In this document: piece by piece, positions 56,737 through 64,000 of the stretch
Position numbering within the stretch: position 1 is the stretch's first letter
How the letters are laid out: each line of letters begins with the position of its first letter
From: Candidatus Moanibacter sp.
Lineage (GTDB): Bacteria > Verrucomicrobiota > Verrucomicrobiia > Opitutales > UBA2987
Assembly (NCBI GenBank): GCA_965215885.1
Contig: CBDCEW010000100.1
Coordinates: 1-64,000, forward strand
Direction of reading: 5' to 3'
DNA length: 64,000 nucleotides
Made by a program: the position numbers and the translations under genes
Notes under the pieces: generated by a model
Databases searched by the model: none
Told to the model about the DNA's origin: nothing
What the model saw: only the letters and a program-made list of their open reading frames with translations

Positions 56737-57309
56737 ATGCGAATTACCGGAGGCAGGGCCAAGGGAATTGTTTTACGAATCCCCAAAGGTAAGGGAATCA
56801 GGCCGGCTACTGACAGGTTGCGTGAAGCGACTTTTTCGTGCCTCGGTGAATCTGTGGCAGGAAAGAGAGTTGTCGATCTGTTTGCGGGCAGCGGTGCCTA
56901 CGGGTTAGAGGCCATCAGTCGCGGTGCGTCGAGAGCCTCCTTCGTGGAAAGAGACGGGCGGTGCTTAAACGCTATCAGGATGAATCTGGAGGCGGCGAAA
57001 AGGAGTATGAATGAGCCCGATATCCAATGTCAGGTGTTTGCATCTGATGTTTTCAAGTGGTGTCGAGCCGAATCGGAAAAATACGATCTTGTCTTTCTCG
57101 ATCCACCTTACGATCTGATCAAGCGTACTCATATCGAACTGATTAGGCTAGTGGCGAAAAGAGCCTCCCTTCATTCCGAGGCGCGTATCGTTATTGAGAT
57201 GCCGGGAGATTTGGATCTTCATACTCCCGGATGGGCGCTTGAACGCCGATTGGGAAAAGGTAAGGGGCCGGATGATCCAACCGTAGCTGTATATTCCTTG
57301 GTGGATTAA
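56737..57309 (+). CDS. rsmD: 16S rRNA m2G966 methyltransferase
   Basis: MRITGG, RPATDRLREATF, DLFAGSGAYGLEAISRGA, FLDPPY. Confidence 0.94.
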   Translation: MRITGGRAKGIVLRIPKGKGIRPATDRLREATFSCLGESVAGKRVVDLFAGSGAYGLEAISRGASRASFVERDGRCLNAIRMNLEAAKRSMNEPDIQCQVFASDVFKWCRAESEKYDLVFLDPPYDLIKRTHIELIRLVAKRASLHSEARIVIEMPGDLDLHTPGWALERRLGKGKGPDDPTVAVYSLVD

Positions 57310-58025
57310 ATGAGTCTCATCATAGAACTGACGAGACCTACCGCGACGGTTGCGGCGGTTTCCGTGCGGAGAACACGATCACCAATTCGAGCGAGGGTGA
57401 ATTCGCCTTGCCGCAAGGCGTCGCGCTCGGCGCCGGACCATCCTCGTTCCGGACCGATCGCAACCACCGACTGGTCAAATTGAAACCGGGCAGCGGTTAA
57501 TTGCACGGTAGCCTCGTAAAGGTCGAGGGCGAGTTTATTGGAGATAGCATTAAGCTGTGCGATTCGAGAATAGAGGGAGTTATGGTGCGTGACGACTGGG
57601 AGGCGTGTATGGAATGCCTGCTCCGCCCCTTGAATGAGGAGATGTTTCCACTCTCCCGTTGACCAGAGAGAACTCTGTCGGTATGACGGTTCACCCTTGT
57701 CGGCCTGGAAAAACGAGATTCTCGAAACGCCCAGGCTGGTGCATTCCCTTAGGATCCGCCGAGCCGCCTGCGGCCTGGGAAGACCTACGAGCAGTTCGAT
57801 GGGGAGGCTCTGAGGAATATCGGTTTCCCAAGTGAACCGGAGGTGCATTCCCATGTCCGAATCGTCAGAGAGAATCGACGCCTTCCCTCGCGGTCCGTTG
57901 ACGACGCCGACGTCGAATCGATCACCGACATCAATCCGGAGCACGACCCGGAGATGCCGGACCCGAGGATCGGTTGAAGGAAGGATAACTTCGTCGGACC
58001 GTTCTTCGAATAGAATCAGGTTCAT
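57306..58025 (-). CDS. rsmE: RsmE-family SPOUT methyltransferase, paralogue 2
   Basis: HLRVVLR, GLPRPQ, GAEQA, IGPERGWS, IGDRVLRTETA. Confidence 0.88.
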   Translation of the reverse strand: MNLILFEERSDEVILPSTDPRVRHLRVVLRIDVGDRFDVGVVNGPRGKASILSDDSDMGMHLRFTWETDIPQSLPIELLVGLPRPQAARRILRECTSLGVSRISFFQADKGEPSYRQSSLWSTGEWKHLLIQGAEQAFHTRLPVVTHHNSLYSRIAQLNAISNKLALDLYEATVQLTAARFQFDQSVVAIGPERGWSGAERDALRQGEFTLARIGDRVLRTETAATVAVGLVSSMMRLI

Positions 58026-58074
58026 CGGTTCCCTTGACTTGGCTGAGACGCGAGAATCTCGGGAATAATCGCAG

Positions 58075-59298
58075 GTGCTGTGTGTCGATAATATTGTGGC
58101 GTTCTACGGTGTTATGACTAAATTTGTCGATATGTGTTGGAGAATTTTCCTTAGAGCCGGGCGATCTCTGGCCTTCGTGATCACACTGGCAATTCTTGGT
58201 TTGGTAGAGGGTCGTGCCGAAAGTAAATCTGAATCGGACTTTTCCTCAATGATCCGGAGCCAGGAGCTTAGGGAAAGTTCGCTGCATATTATACCACCGG
58301 TCGTGAGTCGGCCCGTTTTTTCGAATGGGTCTGTACGTATAGAATTTAGAAACAAGGAATCGCATCCGGTCGAGGCGCTTTTTCGGCTCGTCGTCGACGA
58401 GTCTCTCTTTGCGAAACCTTCGGAAATTCCAGTAAACCTCCAGGCGGGCGAATCTACCAAAGTCGAATTCGGACTGGGAAGTTCCACAACCCGTCATCCA
58501 TCGGAGGTCCCTATCTCGATCCTGGAGTACTCCCTCACGTATAAGCTCCCGAACGGTGTGGCAAAGCTTAAGGGATCCAGAAAAGTTGGGGTGGGGCACG
58601 TTTGGCCCGTCCCGAAAGCCGGTCGAGCGATAGCGATTAATGGAGATCTCAAAGATTGGGGTTGGTTGCCGTTAGAGTTCGAGAAACCGGCCGAGTTTCA
58701 GCCTGCGGACCGACGGGAACAGTGGCGAAATAGATTGGATGGGTCCGCAAAATTCGAAATCTTACATGATTCTAAAATGCTCTATCTGGCATTCGAAGTG
58801 TGGGACGACACGGTGCGGGTTCGAAAAGCTGACGACGCCCGGGAAAATGACGGAATTCTGATCTGGGCCGATGTAACTCCGGGAGGAAGGGGGACTGGAA
58901 AACCCTGGTTCATTATCAATCCCGGTCTGGTAGAAACGAATACCGATATCGCGCCGATCGGAGGGTTGCCGAAAGGGGCGTCAGCCGCGGCGAAATTGAC
59001 CGGCATCGGGTATAATGTCGAAATTGCCTTACCGATTGATTATTTCGAAACACTCGGCCGTGACGGTACCAGCGGTAATAGCGAAGTGTATATTCGGCTC
59101 AATTTCGCAGTCAATGACCTCGACCGGAAGGATGAGGGTCCCGTGAGCCTTTTTTGGCATCCTGCTTGGCTTGGAGAAAGAGATCACGGTTGGTCCGGAT
59201 TGGTCACGTTGGATAGCCGCACGGCGGAAGAGGCCGAGAGTGAGCGCAGGGCAGGGGCTGAGCCCAAGAAGAGCGCCAAGAATAAAGGCGGCAACTGA
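58075..59298 (+). CDS. Exported protein with Ig-like and CBM9/DOMON-like sugar-binding domains
   Basis: Signal-like N-terminus; INGDLKDW, LYLAFEVWDD, DGILIWAD, YNVEIALP, FAVNDLD; start uncertain. Confidence 0.7.
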   Translation: MLCVDNIVAFYGVMTKFVDMCWRIFLRAGRSLAFVITLAILGLVEGRAESKSESDFSSMIRSQELRESSLHIIPPVVSRPVFSNGSVRIEFRNKESHPVEALFRLVVDESLFAKPSEIPVNLQAGESTKVEFGLGSSTTRHPSEVPISILEYSLTYKLPNGVAKLKGSRKVGVGHVWPVPKAGRAIAINGDLKDWGWLPLEFEKPAEFQPADRREQWRNRLDGSAKFEILHDSKMLYLAFEVWDDTVRVRKADDARENDGILIWADVTPGGRGTGKPWFIINPGLVETNTDIAPIGGLPKGASAAAKLTGIGYNVEIALPIDYFETLGRDGTSGNSEVYIRLNFAVNDLDRKDEGPVSLFWHPAWLGERDHGWSGLVTLDSRTAEEAESERRAGAEPKKSAKNKGGN

Positions 59299-59343
59299 GA
59301 TTCGTGTTGCGGCGGGTCGAGAAGGGATTCCTGGTGCGAATTT

Positions 59344-59417
59344 TGGTGCGGGCACCCGGAATCGAACCGGGGACACCAGCTTGGAAGGCTGGGGTTTTAC
59401 CGCTAAACTATGCCCGC
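59344..59417 (-). tRNA. tRNA-Gly(TCC)
   Basis: GCGGGCA...CCAGC-CT-TCC-AA-GCTGG...GGTTCGATTCC..TGCCCGC-A-CCA. Confidence 0.95.
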
Positions 59418-59511
59418 GGATTCCGTGAGGACGACTTTTTCAGCGGAATCTATTCTCATATAAGGAAGGGATTGGTGAAGACTCCTGGCAATAAGAAAAT
59501 GGATGCATGCA

Positions 59512-59567
59512 AGGTCGTCCCGGCTTGCCGGGATCGTGGTAGAAGGTTTGTGAAATATCCTGGCTAG
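59512..59567. mobile_element. Right-end fragment of MITE family A, abutting the IS
   Basis: AGGTCGTCCCGGCTTGCCGGGATCGT...TGTGAAATATCCTGGCTAG matches 35780-35835. Confidence 0.75.
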
Positions 59568-61484
59568 ACCCCATTCGAAAAGCCTTTCGAGCGGGCGGTT
59601 TAAGGTTCTCCGCCACGGGCGGACCAGCCTATGGCTGGCAGGTTTCGGGTTTTAGGCTGCCGGCGCTGCCGATGAGCAGGTATTGAGCGGCCATCGGCGT
59701 GGCTTGCTGCACAATACGTATATTTGCCGCTGTCTGGAGGCATACTCATCCCGTGGTGCTTTTTTCTCTGAGCTTCAAAGCGGTCAGATTCAGGCTGCCT
59801 GTTCCAGTTCCTCCCCTCGGCGTTTCTTCATCAGTATGATGCGGCAGAAGTTGTAGGCCAGAACCTTCTCGAGCAGTTCATCGCCTACCGCATCGATGCC
59901 GCGGCGGCCGAGTTCGCCAAAGGCAAATCCATCTTTAATCGTGAACATCAGCGACTCCACTGCGGAGCGATCGCGGCGTGCCTCGCGATACGCCTCGCTC
60001 TCCCAGTCCTCGGGGGTGGTCAACTTCTTGCCCTTCGCCCCACTGATACTGATCTGCTTTACCCCCATGCTCAGCACCTCCTTGCGTCCCTTCGCCGAAG
60101 CATATCCGTCATCGGTGCTGACCAGTTCAGCAATGACACCGGTGCGCTTGATCGAATCGCCGATGGCCGGCGCCAGCTCAATGGAGTCTGCCGCGTTGCC
60201 TTGCGGTACGATCAGGCTGGTGACAAAACCGTTTTCGCTGCGAACCAGTTGTGGCTTGTACCCGATCACTGGATTGCGGCTGCCCTTCTTGATGTAGGCC
60301 GCCGATCCGTCCGAGAGGCTCAGGACCTTCTGTGTGGACGGTAGCTTCTTTTCGTGAAACACCCGATCATGAGCATACTCAACAACCCGCTTGGCGTCGG
60401 CAATATCGCCCCTGATCTGGCTCAATGCCCGCTCCAGAAGCTCCCGGCGAGTGGGAGGCAGTGAATCCATCGACAGGCCCTCTTCAAGATGGCTCAGTTC
60501 CCCCGTTAGTGAGTCGGCCGCCTTGCGGCCCCGCTTGAGCAACCGCCGGTAGTGTTTCTTCAGCTTGCCCTTCGACTTCGGTTTGCCCGCGGCCAGACAA
60601 ATCTGAAACTCCAGCTTGTCCATTTCCTCCAGCCAACGCCCAACCCATCCCTTGCGAAAATCCTCCAGCCCGAAGACATGCAACTTCTGACCCAAACGAT
60701 TGGCCCGCATCAAAAGACCGCTCAGAATCTTCCCATCGGTGGGCCAGCAGCTGTTTGCTTTCACCGAGGTGCTGTCGATCGTCAGCTTCCCGAAATCGTC
60801 CCATTGCTCCTGGAGGATAAACCCAATCTGTTTATCAAAGATCAACTCGCGGGTCGTATGGCTGACCAGGTTCACGTTCTCCAGAATCGTCGTCACCGCC
60901 GGCATTCTCAGTCCCCCGCTCTGCAAAAATCCGTACAAGCTCATCGACTCGCGCACAAACCGCCGTGCCGGTTTCGTGGTCAACGAACCCAGAAACCCTC
61001 GAATCATCACGAACACGTATACCGCATAAGCCGGCATCCGCGGCCGGCCTGCCCCAAGATTCAATTCAGCAGCCAGAATATTCTCCTCCTCGATGTCCAG
61101 CTCCGGCAGCTCCGCTGTGCGCCCTTCAAAGAACCTGCGATCTTCCAATCGAAGTTTCTTCTTCTCACGCGCATGGGCGTCCAGATCCTTCTCGATCGCC
61201 TCGATGATTTGCGGCGCGAACCCGGCCAATTCTTCAACTTCATCCAGAAAATCACGGAAATCCGTGTCTGGAACCGGCAGAATGAGGTTGCTAAGGGGCG
61301 TCTTATCGCTTTTGTTCTCCTCTGTCGCACATGTTGGCATGTTTAACTCCTTTCTTAATCTTAGGTTGTTAAACACTAGCATGTTGCGACACTTTTTATC
61401 AAGCCAAAAAATGATTTTTCTCAAGTTCTTCTTGCGCCTTTTGCGCCTCTTTGCGGCCAATCAGTAGCTTTTCGGATAAGGTCT
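59566..61484 (-). mobile_element. Intact insertion sequence (IS5/ISNCY-like DDE), 1919 bp
   Basis: 18-bp imperfect TIRs AGACCCCATTCGAAAAGC / GCTTTTCGGATAAGGTCT enclosing one transposase; TA context at both ends. Confidence 0.9.
59790..61340 (-). CDS. DDE transposase
   Basis: IDSTSVKAN, STDDGY, RSAVESLMFTIK triad; AAGGAG RBS before ATG 61340. Confidence 0.9.
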   Translation of the reverse strand: MPTCATEENKSDKTPLSNLILPVPDTDFRDFLDEVEELAGFAPQIIEAIEKDLDAHAREKKKLRLEDRRFFEGRTAELPELDIEEENILAAELNLGAGRPRMPAYAVYVFVMIRGFLGSLTTKPARRFVRESMSLYGFLQSGGLRMPAVTTILENVNLVSHTTRELIFDKQIGFILQEQWDDFGKLTIDSTSVKANSCWPTDGKILSGLLMRANRLGQKLHVFGLEDFRKGWVGRWLEEMDKLEFQICLAAGKPKSKGKLKKHYRRLLKRGRKAADSLTGELSHLEEGLSMDSLPPTRRELLERALSQIRGDIADAKRVVEYAHDRVFHEKKLPSTQKVLSLSDGSAAYIKKGSRNPVIGYKPQLVRSENGFVTSLIVPQGNAADSIELAPAIGDSIKRTGVIAELVSTDDGYASAKGRKEVLSMGVKQISISGAKGKKLTTPEDWESEAYREARRDRSAVESLMFTIKDGFAFGELGRRGIDAVGDELLEKVLAYNFCRIILMKKRRGEELEQAA

Positions 61485-61724
61485 ATCTATGAGGCAGTAG
61501 ACGGCAGGCTCCTCAATTGGAAGTATCGAGGTATCATGCACGAGGGCAGCGGCGAATGCCCCAACTTCGTAAGCTGGCTGACAGATGGGTACTGATATAC
61601 GGAGCCTACCAATGGGTGGATTATTTTGTCGGGAGCTTCGATGTCGATACGTTGAAATTCAGGTCGGTAAAACAGGGAGTGGTGGATTACAGCTACGGAG
61701 CGGCACACCCTAACTTCTGGACTC

Positions 61725-62402
61725 GTGGTCGAATTCGTGCATAGTGATGCGGCTGCATCTCCGGGTGCCCGGTGCTACAATTGCCACATGCCTCACACGA
61801 CTTACGGATTACTTAAGGAAATTCGCAGCGATACGATCGGGCGCAGCCCGTCTGTGCGCGAATCTGTCGAATATGGGCGGCCGAATGCGTGTAACCTCTG
61901 TCACCTCGACAAGAGTCTCGCCTGGACCGGGCGCTATCTGGAGGAATGGTACGGGCGGGCAAAGGAATCCGTCCCAAGCGAAGAGGAAGAGACACGTTCG
62001 GCGGCCCTGCTCTGGCTGCTCAGAGGGGACCCGGCACAGCGCGCTCTCGTAGCGTGGCGCATGGGTTGGAGTCCCGCAATCGAGGCATCGGGATCCGATT
62101 GGATGCCTCCCTATCTTGCCGAAGTCCTCGATGACCCTTATTCCGGCGTCCGTTTCATCGCTGGGCGGTCGCTCCGGCGAATTCCAGGATTCGAGGACTT
62201 TGACTACGATTACGTTGCACCGGTGCGGGCGCTGGCCGATGCAAGGGCTAAGGTTCAGGCCCGATGGCGGCGGATGCATCCAATTGAGACGTTTCAGGAC
62301 CGCACGGACCTATTCTTTGACTCAGACGGAGAAGTCGATGTAAAGGCGGTAATTGACGTGCTGCGCAGGCGCGACAAACGGCCTGTCTTTATATCGGAAT
62401 AG
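61725..62402 (+). pseudogene. C-terminal fragment of a multiheme c-type cytochrome with HEAT-like tail
   Basis: CYNCHMPHTTYGLL and RPNACNLCH; LDDPYSGVRFIA; no signal peptide, in-frame stops upstream, next to the IS. Confidence 0.65.
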
Positions 62403-62485
62403 AGGGCGACTTTGTGATTCATCTCGGCGAAGTGCAAAAAGGAAAAACCCATCCCTCTGATGGAAGCCGGCCCGACAGGATATTC

Positions 62486-63086
62486 ATGCGATTGTGGAAT
62501 TTCTTTTTCCCTGATGAAAAGGAAGTTCCTTTGTTTGCAGTGGTGATCATGGCTGGGTTTCTAGCCTTTCTCATTGTTTTCGGGCATGGCTACCTGACCG
62601 CTACGCTACGCGAGCTGGGCGACGCGCCGGGATTTATGCATCGCGTGAATCTCGTGTTTCATGAAGCGGGCCATTTGATTTTCGGGGTATCTGGCAGCCG
62701 ATTTGTTATGATTGCAGGTGGCATCTTGGGCCAGCTGCTCGTGCCCCTGATTCTGGTCTTGGCGTTCCGATTTACCAACAAAGAGGCCTTCGGGGCTGCA
62801 GTCTGCCTCTGGTGGTTTGGACAGAGCTTCGTCGATTGCGCCCCCTACATCAACGATGCGCGTGCCCTCGACCTTCAGCTTCTTGGCGGGGGAACGGGAA
62901 GGGAAGTGGAAGGGCACGATTGGGAGTACCTATTGACTGAACTCGATCTCTTGAACAAGGATATCTACATCGCTCGCGGGTGTCCTCAAGACCGGTCGCG
63001 CGATCATGATTCTAGCCTATCTGTGGGCCGCCCTGGCGATTTTCAACCCTGCTCTCCGTTGGCGGCGCCGCCGAAAAGGTGTCTGA
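62486..63086 (+). CDS. HExxH membrane protein (M50-like), with a single +1 frameshift at 62978-62980
   Basis: NLVFHEAGH, YINDARA, HDWEYLL; removing one G gives IARGVLKTGRAIMILAYLWAALAIF...RKGV* with a final TM helix. Confidence 0.7.
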
Positions 63087-63181
63087 TCCTAAATTCCGTA
63101 AGATTTCCGGGTCAGATGAAGACTGTGGACACCGTGGGGATTCCTTGCGAGAATATGGCAAAAATGGGAGTTACTTGAAGG

Positions 63182-63976
63182 GTGACCAGAACGATCAGTT
63201 CAGATGACATAGAATTCTTCCAGCGGAACGGATACATTCAATTTGAAGGGTTTCTTTCCGATCTGGAGATCACTGACCTGCGCCGGGCCATCGATGATGC
63301 CGTTGCGAGCAACCGCGAGCGCATTGTGGGAGCCGAAAAGGGCGGACGGCAGTCGGATGACTACGAACGCGTCTTTAATCAAATGGTGAATCTCTGGACA
63401 GATTATCCCGAGGCGAAAGAGATCGCCTTTGACGTCCGTCTGGGTGAGTGCGCCCGGCGTCTGAGTCGAAGGCAGCATGTTCGCATCTACCACGATCATG
63501 CCATGATCAAGCCACCTGGCGAGGACGGCAAATTGACCAATTGGCACCAGGATGCGCCCTACTGGCCGATGGATCCGGTCGGTGCTCTGTCTGCGTGGAT
63601 TGCTGTTGATGACGTCACCATCGAGAACGGCTGCCTTCACTTTGTCCCAGGCTCACACACCTATGGCCGCTTGGAGCCAATCAAGCTGGGTGTCGAAGGG
63701 GAGAGCATTGTCGATAAATTGAAAGCCCGGGGATACGAAGTCCCGGAACCCAGACCGATGCCTATGAAGGCCGGAGGTGTGACTTTTCACCATGGCTGTA
63801 CCTTTCACTATGCGGGGCCCAACCGGACTGCTGAGCCACGGCGGGCGTTTGCCATCATCTACATCCCCGATAATACTCGGTTTACAGGGGGTAAGGACGC
63901 AGCGGGAGCGGCAGACGAAATGGAGGTTGGTGGATCCTGGGAGCACGCGCTTCACCCGGTGATCGCGGGAAACTGA
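63182..63976 (+). CDS. Phytanoyl-CoA dioxygenase (PhyH) family 2OG/Fe(II) oxygenase
   Basis: WHQDAPYWP, ENGCLHFVPGSH, FHHGCTFHYAGPN, PRRA. Confidence 0.93.
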   Translation: MTRTISSDDIEFFQRNGYIQFEGFLSDLEITDLRRAIDDAVASNRERIVGAEKGGRQSDDYERVFNQMVNLWTDYPEAKEIAFDVRLGECARRLSRRQHVRIYHDHAMIKPPGEDGKLTNWHQDAPYWPMDPVGALSAWIAVDDVTIENGCLHFVPGSHTYGRLEPIKLGVEGESIVDKLKARGYEVPEPRPMPMKAGGVTFHHGCTFHYAGPNRTAEPRRAFAIIYIPDNTRFTGGKDAAGAADEMEVGGSWEHALHPVIAGN

Positions 63977-64000
63977 ATCTGGCAATCTGTCCGACTAAGG

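Noticed and set aside
60552..61346. 264-aa plus-strand ORF inside the IS
   Set aside because: Antisense shadow of the transposase

Overview
A gene-dense window of about 55% GC from what is probably a Verrucomicrobiota (Opitutales-like) genome; the taxonomy is inferred from gene style and order. Main content: a 10-gene RDD/zinc-finger/DUF4129/DUF4350/MoxR/DUF58/SpoIIM/RDD operon; tesA-ybbA-ybbP; aldose epimerase; an mntR-linked operon (di-heme CCP/MauG-like protein, PhnD/C/E-type ABC importer, OprB-type porin) with an MntR-like box; a TonB-type barrel with a shortened plug; uvrC, cinA, holA, purB, PPi-type pfk and a hybrid kinase; tRNA-Glu(CTC), tRNA-Glu(TTC) and tRNA-Gly(TCC); rpmH-rnpA-yidD-yidC-yebC; SRAP, a Na+:solute symporter and a Rieske oxygenase; rmuC, smr, hsp20, two rsmE paralogues and rsmD; and one intact IS5/ISNCY-like element. 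The best leads are (1) the MntR-boxed di-heme protein + PhnDCE + porin operon, whose binding protein has Asp where the family has His, a candidate undescribed Mn/metal acquisition system, and (2) two clusters of unannotated sibling small RNAs (15.1-15.8 kb and 56.3-56.7 kb), three copies of which share a GAACG-N17-TC(T/A)A ECF/sigmaE-type promoter. Intergenic DNA is full of MITE-like inverted-repeat elements that sit on stop codons. Two regions (32.9-34.0 kb, 48.2-49.1 kb) are interleaved mosaics of IS and flanking sequence that look like consensus artefacts over polymorphic IS insertions. All family calls come from motif recognition by eye; no searches were run.
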